Below, in pieces: positions 1 to 12,500 of a DNA stretch of 64,000 nt. The notes under the pieces were generated by a model. That model saw only the letters and a program-made list of their open reading frames with translations. It did no database searches and was not told the DNA's origin. Each line of letters starts with the position of its first letter. Position 1 is the stretch's first letter. The DNA comes from Takakia lepidozioides (lineage: Eukaryota > Plantae > Bryophyta), in the NCBI GenBank assembly GCA_030704615.1, contig CM060731.1, forward strand, positions 37,572,001 through 37,636,000, given 5' to 3'. Position numbers and translations under genes: made by a program.

Positions 1-496
1 TTTGATCACCCCATCAATAAGTATTTGATGTAGAGTCTGAAACCAAGGCAAGATTCTGATAGTTGTATTGGTCAAGCTACAGCAGAGGGCTCCTTCTTCT
101 CTGCTCCGAATGTTTTATGTAACGTCTGCTTTTGCAATGTTTTTTAGTTAGTTGTATTAAAAGTAGTTCATCCATACGTTTTCCGGTGGAAATCTTTTGC
201 TGTGGTATGATTAAGGCAGATTGTAATCTCTCTCTGCGGTCACCCGGCCACTGAGAATTATTTTGTAAAGTCTGAAAACCAAGGCTAGGTTCTACTGGTA
301 GGCAAGCTGGAGCAAAGGGCAGTTATTGTGACCTTCAAGTTTTGAACTCATGGTACGTCTTGATTACATGGTTGGCCAAGAATTGGTCCTGTTGGTCTGC
401 AGAGTTGTGAACAATTCAAGCTGATCTTGTGTTCCTCCTGTGATTTTGATGGTAGAAAACAATTTTCTTCAACATGTGAAAGGGTTGGGGATGCAG

Positions 497-3400
497 TGTC
501 GGGACTGGGGGCGAATCAGGCAGAAGCACAATCTGAGGTGCTGGTGGGAATGGGTTTGGTAGCTGGTTCATCGGTGATGCTGCTCACACTTTTGTGGGGC
601 TCATGCCTCATTGTGGGCCGTTGTGACCTGGTGCCCTCAAACAACCGACTGGTGGCCAAGGATCGAACCCTCACTAAAGGCTTCAGTTTAACTGGTTGAC
701 TCCCGGGCTTCCATGTTGTTTGGCTGGAAATGTGATTATTGGCTTTTTGTATTTTTGTAGCTCTTGTTATGTAAAGGAGATACTGGATGGTTCTCATTAC
801 CAAGGCTCAACTGTACCTTGAAACTTCTCATATCATTTCACCTCGCTCTAGTGTTAGGGTCTCATCAAAGGACAGGCTCTCTTTTCTTCTGTCATACTGG
901 GTTCACTAAAGTGCTACTTGGACTGCATTTCTACTGGATGCTGAGTACCGGCACTCATTCTCAGAAAATCATTGCACCATAAAATCCTGGACAGAGCTAG
1001 TATTCCAGCATGATAGGTAATCAGCCCAATTGGTAACTAGTTCCAAACGTTGGATCCTGTGGAAAGGTACGGGAGTGACAACAGACACGCAGACTAAGTG
1101 GGCATCATGGATCATGATGGCTACTCTCCTGCCTTACGTGGTGGCACAGCTGCCTCGCCTGCTAGGCTTGCCCACAGAAAATCAATTGGCCGTGGCCGTG
1201 GCTGGTTGCATTTCATTTTTGAGCCTTCTCGCTTATTGTGCATACCAGGTACATCTAGAAGTTTTCTTACCATCAGAGTGTGCTCCTGCCTTGTACAGAC
1301 TTTTGGGGATTGAATGTTGGTTGTTTATCTGGAATACTGTTTTCTGTTGGCATGGATAGTGTACGTCTAATGTAGAATGAGTGTGTCTTGCGCATATGTA
1401 TGCAATTGACAAAGGATGTTTGTAGGCTGAGTAATTTGCATGGTGACTTCTCCCTGGGGTTGGAAGTCAGTAGGTCTCAGGTTGCTTCGATCAAATTGTA
1501 ATCTTGGTCAGCAAGCCTGCAGGTAACAGTGCAAGGCTCTGGACAAGTGGATGCCTGCTTGGAGACCCTTGCATGTCATTGATCACCCAGTGGACATCTG
1601 TGTGATCAGGAATATTTTTTATGTTAACAGCCCGAGGAATTATGGGGAATTTATTTTTAGAATTTGATGTTATTCCATTGTCAACTTCTGGGGCCTGTTT
1701 CAAATGTTTATCTGAGAGACCTGGTGACAATGCTTGATAACCACCACAGAAAGATCTTTTAATGGTTTCTCAATCTGCATCAATCCATTTGAGTTAGTGC
1801 TATCTGGGTTGTTGGTTGCAGATCTTAACACCATGGATTCAGGAGAAACGTGTACGTTGGGCCCAATACCGCTACCGGCGAACCCACGCTCTTCAGAGGG
1901 TTTCTCTCATGACACAAAAGGAGAACTGGGGAAGTCTATTTTCGGATGATGGAACTCCAAACAATGAAGTCCTCATCAGGTTTTCCAGCTTCACTCCTGA
2001 GTGTACCTGCCTCTATCTGCAGGTGTTTATTCCACTTGGCTTACTTCGTGTTTAGTGACTCCTGCAAACACCCTTATTGAGGCAAATGTCAATCCTTACA
2101 CACATGGAATGATTTTGCCCATGTGAACGTGATAAGCCTGATAACCGCTACGACCTGATGGCTGTGTTTCTCCACAAGTTTGCAGAACCCACATGTGCTG
2201 CTCACAGCCATATGAAAGGAAGTGCATGAAACCTGTCTTCTTCTATTTGACTACCGACAACCTCACTGCATCCACTGGTGGTGCCCAGAAGCTTATCCTA
2301 CCTGATAGCATTGGGGTTCCAACTGACATTTCAAGACTCTTACAGATCAAGTTATGTGTTTATGCAGGCTATTCGACCATTTTGACCCTAACAAGGATGG
2401 GGTTCTCACAGAACAGGAGCTAAAAGCATTAATCTTGGGCTTGGGAATTGAGCGACAAGGCAAGGTGCCTGAAGCAGATGAAGTGAAACACTGGATGGCT
2501 GAGTTTGACGTTAGTGCTAAGGATGGAAAGATCACCCAAAAAGAATTTTTGGATGGCATGGGTCGGTGGATGCACACCTCTGCAGTTCCAAATGGCACTT
2601 CCTCCACCGGGCACTCCATTCCTCAAGGCAGCAGACAGACCCCACCCACGTTCTGGGATGCTGAGGCACAGGTCTGGTCGATGTTCAATAGAGGATGGAG
2701 GGAAATTGAGTTACTTTCTGAATTCATCTTTGTGACATGTCCTGTCAGATTGAGTGTATGTAATCTGCATACGTGTGTAAAATTTCTAGGCCTGCAGGGT
2801 TGAACGAAGTGATTTGATGTGGCTTTGAAGTTTGGCTGCCTCAATGCAGGATGCACGGTCAATACTGACTTCCCTGCTGGAGGAACAAGATGATGAGGAT
2901 GAAGAAGAAGATCATCCATCACATGCCCCTACTAAAACACAAATTGTGGGGAAAGCTGTGCTCTTTTTGATTGCTGGTGCCGCACTCGCAGCCATCTTTG
3001 CAGACCCTTTAGTGTCTGCCGTTAATAACTTCTCAACAGCCTCTGGCATCTCTCCTTTCTTCATCTCATTTATCGCAACTCCGATTGCCACCACCTCAAG
3101 CGAGGCTATTTCTTCCTTCTTGTTTGCCCAGCATAAACGCAAGCGCACCATATCCATGACTTACTCTCAGGTATGTCAGCCTGTTCCTCTTGCTTTCTTC
3201 TCGTATTGTATCAGAACTGTTATGCTTGGGCTGACATTGAGTCTGGTGTTTAGTCTTACCAACTATTTCAATTCCACAGGGTGAGTCTCAGATAGGCTTT
3301 GTGGACTGAAATCCCATAGCTGTGTGGTAGGCTGTGGGGACTACACCCTAATGGGATGCCCAACATTTCTCAGTACATTGTCTCTTCCTTCATCCCCCTT

Positions 3401-3976
3401 ACTGTCCTGCCAAATGTGGATTGGTAATGGTGTATACAAGACTACATTGCAAGGGAAGTAGCATGTTAAAACCCAATTCCTTATACAGTGCAGCGGTATT
3501 TCTCCACATCAGTTGTGGGTTACTGAGCAGGATGTAAAGACAGAAAAAATGGACATATTCCTTGAACCCCAGAAATCAGAAAAGTATTCCATGGGAAGTA
3601 AGGGGATTTGTAGACTACTATGCTGAAGTTGGTAAGGAGTGACTTTTATAGGTTGCTGATAGAAAGATTAAGTTTCAGGGGTTGTTATGATGTGATATTG
3701 TTGCTGAACACTGGAGGTGTGATGCAGATTTATGGAGCAGTGACCATGAATAACACACTGTGTCTGACCATTTTCCTAGCCATTGTGTTCTTTCGTGGCC
3801 TTGTGTGGGACTTTTCAGCTGAGATAACAGTGATTATCTTTGCAACCATAGTAATAGGTGGGTTGGCAGCTTTCCGGACCACCTTCCCTCTTTGGTTGGC
3901 ATTTATAGGCTTGATTCTCTACCCTGTGGCTGTGGGGTTGGTGGCCTTCCTCGACTATGTGTGTGGATGGCATTAA
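497..3976 (+). CDS. NCL: Na+/Ca2+ exchanger-like protein with EF-hands (NCL/EF-CAX); 5' exons lie upstream of the window
   Basis: GT-AG exons 497-694, 1067-1248, 1822-1979, 2368-2671, 2850-3170 and 3728-3976 splice in frame. Motifs: GMGLVAGSSVMLLTLLWGSC, EF-hands DPNKDGVLTEQEL and DVSAKDGKITQKEF, FADPLVSAVNNFS...FFISFIATPIAT, IYGAVTMNNTLCL, terminal LDYVCGWH*. Confidence 0.93.
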
Positions 3977-5022
3977 TGTCAGAGAATTGAGCCAGGGAAG
4001 GAGCCCCAGTCCGGTTGATCCGTAGAAAGTGCCTTAGATTGGTATAAAAATTTGGACATATAACTCGAGGATAGAGGTAGTCAACAAGAGATGTTATTAG
4101 GCTCTACCATCATTAGCATCCATACATTTTTGGCAGAGCGGGATATTATACGATTGAAGAATAGTCACACAGACAGTGGTATAGGCTGCCCTGAACTTTT
4201 CCAGATGTTCTCCATTAGGAGAAAGTTAAGTGTGTTTTCAAGAAAACTTTTACTTGGGGGGTTTCACTGCTGTTGTAGCAGTAATTTTACCTGGCCTTGC
4301 TGGGTTGTTAGGGTGTGTTGTACAAGGACTCTTGTTCCCCAAAAGTTTATCTATATATTCCCACACGCACCGCAGATTCTGCAACTTGTTGGGTGCATGA
4401 TGGAATCTGTTTGCCGGCAGACTTCCCACTAGCATTAGCACCTTCGACCTGACCTCATGCAATCCACCTGACTTTTCAACCATCCAAGATTTCTGGGATA
4501 TTCTAGTGAAGACTCACAAGTCGGAGACTAGTTTTAGCATAGAGCCAGAATAGGGTCACTAAGTAACATCATTGTCATTTTTCGGAATTGCCCAAATGGC
4601 CCGAAATTCCCAAGAAGAACAAATCCGTGAGTTAAATCTACTGTATACATAGATACGTACATATGCCTTGGATATGATTTGAATGCTCTTAGCAACAGGA
4701 TTAGACAATTGATTCATGATCCGCATTTTTCGCTGGGTTATTTTTTCCCAGTTCTTTTGTTGGCTCTGTCCCTTCAGGGCAGAGACTTTGCATCGTAAGT
4801 CAATGGAGCAAATGTGGTCAACGAACTTTACACGATGTTGAGAGTAGGATTGGTCTAAAAAAGCTCTCAAGTATAAACCACATGGCAGCTTGTCAAAATT
4901 GTTGCTTCAATGGAGAGAGCCTCTGGCGGTTTGTGGCTTGTTAATTTGATCAAACCGTATCTCTATCCCTTTCTTTAAAATTTTGATAGAGAGAGAGTGT
5001 GACATTGAAATTGAGATTAAAA

Positions 5023-5336
5023 ATTCCAGTGATGACTGACAGTCGAAGACTAGTTTAGTATAGAGCAGGAATAGGGTGCCATAATGCCATGTCATCATCA
5101 GCCACATCATCGTCATCATTTTTAAGCTGCCCAAATTAAAATTAGTATGTGTCGGGGACGTCATCAGCCGCATCATAGTCTTCATTTTCTGTCAAAACTG
5201 CCCGAATTGCCCAAATTTCCAGGAGGTCTAATAACCGCTGATGGTGATGTGGCGGCAATGATGACATGGCATTATGGCACCCTATTTCTGCCCCATCACT
5301 ATAACTAATCTCCCACCTTGGGTCGTCACTAGAATT
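5023..5336. mobile_element. MITE-like foldback element
   Basis: Perfect 29-bp inverted repeat AATAGGGTGCCATAATGCCATGTCATCAT at 5070-5098 and 5258-5286, inside longer imperfect arms. A diverged copy of one arm is at about 4500-4610. Confidence 0.65.
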
Positions 5337-7494
5337 TATTAGAGAGGCTCACTCACCAAACCTTACCAAACTTTATTGGCTCTCTTGTAGAGAGAGACTT
5401 TGCGGAGACATGCAAGTCAATGGAGAAAATGTGGTCCAAGTACCTTACACCGTGTCAAGGCGCTGATTGCTGTGTTGTGGGCTGAGTCATGCTCCTTAGT
5501 CTTACCTTCCTCTGATGTGCCAAAGCAAAGCAAGAGAGCCAATTGCCGTTTAAGGCTTGTTTTGTTTCCCTTTAGTGTACACTCCACTACCTTATTTTAA
5601 AAAAATATGGATCAATGACATGGTACTACAGTGCTAATTTTTAAACTCATTTCTATTGTCACCCAGCATTATAACATTATTTTGATGACCTAACTTCTAA
5701 CATAGGTTACCATTGACTGACTCAATATCTACAAGGAAAAATGATAAATCCACATTGTCTTATGTGTTATTTTAGATGCAATCCAAATAAAAGAATTCAT
5801 GCATATATATTTTCTCAGAAATTAATTTTCAACATTTTGTCATTTTTTGTTTTGGTTATGTAACCGGAGGAGGTGAAACCAATAAAAAAAACCAGATATA
5901 ATTGGTGCCGGCGAGGTACACCAGTTCCATCTACAAATTAGAGATATATCCATCTACTCGTAACTAACTTAGCAAAGGTGAACGTTGAAGCTTAATTACA
6001 AAATACACAGATGTGTCCTAAATGAATCTTAAAATTAAATTGCTTGACACTTAGCCAATAATCTGCAATCCTCAATGTTGTTGAGTTCCCATCAACTAAT
6101 GTGACATATTGCTAGAAATTCTAGGTTTCCTATCGTTATAGCTTGTTGTGAAAGCAAAGAAACCCAAAAATCTCAAAGTCCTTAATCTAAGGAGGGATAC
6201 GATAATAATATGACCTCAATCACATAACATGCAAAGAATTTTTGCATCCTTGGGTACCTTGTATGTCCAAGATGATTACTTTAATATGATCTTGAACCTA
6301 ACCCCATCTAAATTGAGCATTACACAATTCAATAATGAAATCTGCAGTGCTTATGTAAACAATATTGTTATGGATAACTCGGAAAATCTTTAGGAAGGGC
6401 TCTAGATTCATTATCAAGTTGGAGTACAGACTAGATTCAACAAGCAGATAATAGTCTCAACATGTGGAATCTGACATGGTTGTCCCAATTTTAAAAAGCA
6501 TTTGAGATTCTGATCCTCAAAAAATATACGAAATTGTCATCCTCAATGAATTAAGTATGCAAGCCATGGCCACTTTGACATGCACTTTGACCCAGTCATG
6601 TAAACCCAATTCTTTAATGTGAAAAACCAATCCCAACAAGAAGATTGTCATGCATCCATGGCATCCAGACTAGAAACCTTGGAGATACCGGTCTATATGA
6701 GATTACACTATCAGCTTGCATGTGTGTTGTGGAGACCCATGCGCCTAGTTGCAAGTGCAATTTTCATCCAGGTTGACACCCTCTTTGATGAGGAAATCAA
6801 AGCTAAAGTATTGTCTCAAAAAGTAGGTTGTCAGTTGTAGAAGACATTATGATAGAAACTTCGTCTTCAATAATTGCTATGTGGTGTTCTGATGTCCTAA
6901 AATAGTCCTTCTTATATAGAACTTGGACATACCAGATTGAGTGTCGGTTGACCGACACAGTGCAGGATAGAAGAGTCTAGGATAGAAGTGTCAGTTCATG
7001 TTCATAGAAGCTTTTCAGAATGATCTGTGAATTTGTAAATGACAAGTTGGAATAAGAAACTGGTCTGGCTTGAAAGTAAATCGTGGACAATGACTAGTAC
7101 AGAGAGAAGGATCGTAGCAAGTGGTATCAATTGAGACTCCATTGCTAGCTCGAATTGTTGATGATTCAGACTCTGTTGCTGATCCCTTGGTTTGGTACTG
7201 CTGTTGTTGTTATCGACTACTCTCTTGCAAAGTATCTCCATTTTGAAGTCTAGCTCTTCGTGCCTCATATCTATGTTGAAGAGATGCAGCAAACCATAAG
7301 AAAGAGAAAGGTGTGTCAAGTCACATTCAAAGAGATCAAGCAGGCGTGCTTGGATGTCTCTCTCAGATCCTTGTTTCCAAATCCAACAAACAAACTTAAA
7401 TAATATTAATTGACAAGTTGCGGTTGGCAGCTCAGTCGGATGACGTACTATGATCACCCTAGACAACCAATTTGTAGCCCACTGGTGATGGGCA

Positions 7495-7830
7495 CATACC
7501 ACCTTGGAAATGGTTGTGGGTTCAATCCACTGCCAAGGCAGTAGTCCTTGGGGGTCAATAGACACCATAATTTACACTTCCCATACAACCAAGTTGTTGC
7601 CAAGTGGAAAAAGGGCACAAACCACCTCAGAAGTGGTTGTGGGTTCAATCCACCAATTGATGTCAAAGGTGTCCACGTTCCCTTTGGAAGCCCTTGGGGG
7701 TCAAGGGCCACCATAATTTACGCTTTGTCATATAGTATTATTATTACTACCCTTCATTTGGGAGTCGTCATGAATAACTAATAATAATTTATCACCTGGT
7801 GGTCAGGGGTTCAAATCCTGCGGGGGTTGG
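7495..7830 (+). mobile_element. Degenerate SINE-like fragments with B-box motifs
   Basis: The segment TGGTTGTGGGTTCAATCCAC...CTTGGGGGTCAA...CACCATAATTTAC occurs twice (about 7510 and 7634). A further GGTTCAAATCC is at about 7808. Confidence 0.4.
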
Positions 7831-9446
7831 TATCATATGAGCACAACCCACGGTCATGGGAGTTTTATATTTTTTAACCTCGGTCATAAAGTTATATGTT
7901 TTCAAAAACGGAATAAAACCATAAGCGGGTATAGAGGATTGGTGCATTTGTACAATACATCTATGCCAATTCAGCGAGGCGAAACCTTCAGTAGCGTAGC
8001 CAGAAACCCTAAACCTACAGCGGCAGCGGTGAATTTCGTATTGAGAAATGATATGTGATATGGACACAAACCTAAGCAGCGGTGGGTTTCGCATTGAGAA
8101 ACCCTAGTGGTATAGCTTGAGTTGAAATTTTCTATACGAAATCGCATCACCCAACAATCCCATATCCAAAAGGAATGGGTGGGGGCTTTAAAAGCTACAT
8201 TGTGATTACTTCTCAGGCTGGTTTCGCCATGCAAAATTATCCATGGCGAGGGCCTTAAATTTGAGGTGAAGCCTCACTGCCCACTCTTGCGCTTGTTATG
8301 GAGAAAAAGCCACGCCTATAGGGTAACATGTTCATCAGCTATAGGGGCTACTTATTCTTAATGTGTTAGTTTCACATAATTGTTAGTTTCGCCAATTTCA
8401 TTTCGTTGTGGAAATTTCACAGAAATTTTGCGGAAATTTGGGGAATATGCCGTTGTGCTCACGCGAAACCAAACCTCAAATCCTGCTACTATGTCATATG
8501 CGTATGGTTTGTTTTGTGACCAGTTGGTTTGGCAGTGACAGGGATTTTGAAGGGCCTAAAAAATGTGAGCAATCGCTTGGGGGCTTCCTTTAGAAAATTT
8601 AAAACATATAAAAACAACTATTGTTCTATATTTACAAGGCTTTGTTTGTTTCTCCCCCAAAAAACACAAAAATGTCCTATTGTAATTTTCACATATGACA
8701 TATTGGTCGCACACTTTTTGTACCACTTGAATTGATTACATTTTCTTGTACATAGTGACATTGCTTAACCCCTTTTACGCATAGGCAACAAGGTACTGAA
8801 ACTCCCACGTCATACATACTGTGCCAATGCTATTTGTCCCGCCCGAATAATTGATTTTTCTTGAAGAAGAGGTCCCGCAGGTTTTTCGGAATTTCTGCAG
8901 TTGCAACAGGAATCAAGGTATATACTATATACCCCAATTCATTTGGCCAGTTTGGGAAGGTCAGGCAACCCGACACTGTGGGAAGAGCCAATCAGTGGGG
9001 CCGCGGGAGGCTTGGAGAGGAGGGAAATGGCTCGACAGGGTGCAGACACCTGTACGCCTAGGCTAATGTAGAAGTAGGAGGGTCGATGGGAGGTAGACAA
9101 TATGGCATGGAATGGGACGATGGGCCCAAGACATGCGCAAAAGGACACCTGTATGCCCTCCTCCTACTTCTAAAGCTTTCCAGAAGCAGCGGGATGAGGC
9201 AGTGGCCCCTTCTAGAAGCCTCCACCACCGCCTCCAAAGACTATATAAGGAGGGCTGTACATTTTATTAGGTTTCTTCCTCCTCCGTTTGGTGGGCCTGC
9301 AAGCACGACCCCCTTAGAAAATAAAAATTTGGAACATGAACCATCATCTAAAAATTCTCTTACTATGACTATGGAAGTAGCAATTTCACTCATGTGTTTG
9401 GGTAGTTCAATGGCGCACGGTAGGTTGTGTTAGAGCAGATACCGGG

Positions 9447-9698
9447 TTTTTTTTTTTTTTTTTTTTAATTTAATTTAAAGACAAGGAAACCTGGGAGCGA
9501 CAGCCCACAATTCAGGCCCTTGAGGAGGGGAAAAAATAACCCCCTTTCATTTATGGGCCATGGAGGCACACAAGACGATAATATTCAGACAGAACGTCAT
9601 GAACAATCCACCCCACGTGGCAGGGCAGCGGGTTTGAACCCTGAACCACCAAGGTGTCAAATTGTGCACTTACCAGCTGAGCTGCCAGCCGATGTGCA
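9447..9698 (-). mobile_element. tRNA-derived SINE with poly(A) tail and target-site duplication
   Basis: The minus strand reads GCTGGCAGCTCAGCTGGTAAG (A box) and GGTTCAAACCC (B box). Poly-T on the + strand at 9447-9466 is the tail. An 8-bp TSD ATACCGGG flanks it at 9439-9446 and 9699-9706. A homologous copy is at 34383-34623. Confidence 0.85.
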
Positions 9699-9774
9699 AT
9701 ACCGGGCTTGAATATCTGAAAAATCGGGTGCTGGAGGCACAATGTCTTTTCCGGTGGCCTATTCTTTTATATGT

Positions 9775-9960
9775 GTATATATTTATTTTTTATTTTTTAT
9801 TTTATTTTTATTTTATTTTTATTTTATTTTTTCCTAAAAGAAGAGGGACGGAGGCCTCTTTTATATAATTATTGCGGGACAGCAAGTGTCGGTATGTATT
9901 TTTATAACCTCCCAATTTGGATTATTAGAGTCTTCAATGCTTCGCGGTCCATATAGAGAA
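9775..9960 (-). mobile_element. 5'-truncated retroposon 3' end related to the 3' terminus of the L1 at about 32.9 kb
   Basis: The minus strand has CGAAGCATT...GAGGTTAT...TATAAAAGAGGCCTCCGTCCCTCTTCTT followed by an (AAAAT)n tail. The L1 end reads CGAAGCATT...GAGGTTAT...TATAAAGCTGGAGGCCTCCATCCCTCTTCTT plus poly(A). Confidence 0.55.
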
Positions 9961-11149
9961 GACCCTAATATAGTGATTTCGTGGCTCTTTCCGCATAGAC
10001 TTTGCATCAAGTTGACGTCAATCGACAAAATCCAATCAATTGTCCTTACACCGTGTCAACACTCTTATTTGGTCCCATATTAGAATGAGCACTTACATAC
10101 GGTAAATAACATAAAGCAAGTAAAAGTAAAGTAAAGTTTGTTTAACTGCCAGTAATAAAAAACTATTTAGAACACTAATCACACCTCACTTTTGCCGCAT
10201 TTGACACAGCCCTTGGCGGTTTGCATGTTGTTTTTCTTGTTTACCTTTTGTAAAATAAGGGAATAATGTGGGCCGTAAATTATTGTAAGGAACAAATACC
10301 GCCAAGCACATGGGAGTCCCATGGGACACCTATAGACCCCACAAAGTACAGCAGGATTTGAGCCCAGGACCACCTGGTGCACTATTCGTGGGTAGTACGA
10401 CAAGTAAAAGGTAGAGCCCACCCCCTCCCGAGGGGGCATAACTTATCCCCGCTTGTCACGAAGCGGCTCTTATTTACTCTGCCTTATTACCAGGCCCTCT
10501 CCCTCTCCTCAGTAATATTTCGTATTTTTTGCATGATGTTTCTAAGTGAGGCCACGCTCGTATTTATTTACGTTATTTTGTCGAGCCATGTCTAGCAGGA
10601 ATCTAATATGATTTTTTATTTTTTATTTTTTTTTAAGACAAAAAAAGATGGCCTTCTGTCCTGGTTATTTTTTCCAGGACACCTCTATTAATATGATATA
10701 CAGGGCTTCCTCCCCCTTTGTATATATATATATAGGTAAAATATTTTTACGACCCTGTCCACGTGGTTCTTAGTTTCTTTGGTATTTCGTAAATGTGAGG
10801 TGACCATGAGAGGTTGTCCTGCGTGGCATCCAATCGATATGCACCAAGTCGAGCTACTAAAATTAAGAGCTTGAGTTTTATATATCCCATATCGATTGCC
10901 CACCGCCAGCACAGCTCCATGCTATAAAAAGCAAGGCAGCCCGTGCGGCATCCTCTTTATGGACAGGCTAGTGCCGGTCGTCGCGTACTGGTCGCGTTAG
11001 TTTAGTCAAGTCAACGGTCGGTAGCCGGTGACCGTATGACGAGGTGTCAGGGGATGTTGCTTCGGCGCCGTCGTGCCGCCGTAGCACTACACCGCGCAGG
11101 CGTGAGAGCGGCTGCGCAGGTACCAACGGACCGTGCAGGCCCCACACGG

Positions 11150-11400
11150 GAGAGAGAAAGAGGAGGAAAGAAGAAGACGATCGGAGCTTCCAGAGTTCGG
11201 CAGCTTCTTTCACGAGAAAGAGAAAGAGAAAGAGAAAGAGGAGGAAAGAAGAAGACGATCGGAGCTTCCAGAGTTCGGCAGCTTCTTTCACGAGAAAGAG
11301 AAAGAGAAAGAGAAAGAGAAAGAGAAAGAGAAAGAGAAAGAGAAAGAGAAAGAGAAAGAAGAAGGCGATCGGAGCTTGCAGAGTTTGGCAGCTTCTTTAA
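11150..11400 (+). repeat. Composite repeat: three copies of a unit of about 45 bp separated by (GAGAAA)n
   Basis: GAAGAAGACGATCGGAGCTTCCAGAGTTCGGCAGCTTCTTT at about 11170, 11248 and 11358, separated by GAGAAA tracts of different length. Confidence 0.9.
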
Positions 11401-12110
11401 GAATTTGAGAAGAGAGATTGAGGGAGAGAGTTGATTAGAGCGGCTGATAAGAGAGGCTGGGGAGGTAGAAAGTGGGGACAGTTACAGGGGAGCCAGAATT
11501 GAATTGTCGTGGCCTTTTGAGTAGCTTCTGGAGAGTATCTGAGAAGGTCGATTGAGAGAGGGAGAGGGTTGACGAAATAGACTAAAAGAGACTCTTTTGA
11601 AGATAGTAGGGGAGGAAAGGTACAGCGTGCGGGAATTGGTCTGCGAAGTTGAAAAGTTGAGAATTTGAGGTGTGAAGATTCAAGAGGACAGACGTTGGCC
11701 AAGTGGGAAGATTTTGTGTGTGGAGGGGGTGAGGTGGAGGGTACTAGAGGGGAGGATAGAAAGGGATGGACACGCTGCTAGTGGGAATTGACCTGGTGAG
11801 GTAGGGGAAGTGATTTTAAGTTCGGGAATAGGTTGGTGCTGTTTTGAAGAAGTGAAGAAGCTTTGTGTGTGCCTGTGACTGTTTCGTCCGGGAGAGGGAA
11901 GAGGAGTGGTTGTATGATCAGTACTTTAGTCCATCTGGGTAGATACAGAGAGGCTCTTCTTGCAAACTGGCTCGACGGCCGCTTGATTAGTAACTTTTTT
12001 TAACTGTTAGACTTTTGTAATCTAGTGCTCACCTTGGCTCAAGACGTTCCTTCGCTAGTTTCCAGAATCACTGCCTATCTTCAAACTAATTGATCTCCTC
12101 CGGATTTGAG

Positions 12111-12500
12111 ATGGATTGGCCCGGTCAAAGGTTTCAACAGCAGCTGCTGCAATACTGTCTTCTAGGAACTGGAGCAAGCGCACTCATCATCGGGTGTATG
12201 TATCACTCGTATAAGGCGATATTTTACACATATCTCCTTGGGAGCTTTATCACGTGTCTTGTAACGGTCACAGATTGGGGCTATTTCAGCCGGCACCCTG
12301 GTGATTGGAGTGAGGTAGTGTACTTGGATGCCTTGAGTACCAGACAACAGGCGCTGAAGCAAAAATCCATGGAGAGAGAGTTGAAACATGAGGCCAAAAT
12401 CACCGTGCATGGAGCCCCTGCCGAATATTTATTCAGCGGGAACGGATTGTCTTCCTGGCTCCGCATGACTGCTAGTGGAACAAACTCAAAACATGAATAG
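12111..12500 (+). CDS. SPCS1: Signal peptidase complex subunit 1 (SPC12)-like, divergent, single exon
   Basis: ATG at 12111 gives MDWPGQRFQQQLLQYCLL...two TM segments...LVTVTDWGYFSRHPGDW. This matches the plant SPC12 pattern MDWQGQK..EQ.MQ...VPNWP.YN.HP..W. Confidence 0.8.
   Translation: MDWPGQRFQQQLLQYCLLGTGASALIIGCMYHSYKAIFYTYLLGSFITCLVTVTDWGYFSRHPGDWSEVVYLDALSTRQQALKQKSMERELKHEAKITVHGAPAEYLFSGNGLSSWLRMTASGTNSKHE

Noticed and set aside
7002-7568. 188-aa minus-strand ORF
   Set aside because: It starts inside SINE-like fragments and has no recognisable domain. It is probably decayed TE sequence.
8850-9350. Possible LINE ORF1 remnant on the minus strand
   Set aside because: Only a vague Cys/His cluster is present, too degenerate to support a call.
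9620-9698. tRNA gene
   Set aside because: A and B boxes are present, but there is no convincing acceptor stem and the anticodon region differs between copies. A body, tail and TSD indicate a SINE.
11036-11434. Arg/Lys/Glu-rich ORFs
   Set aside because: They are translations of the GAGAAA microsatellite, open in several frames.
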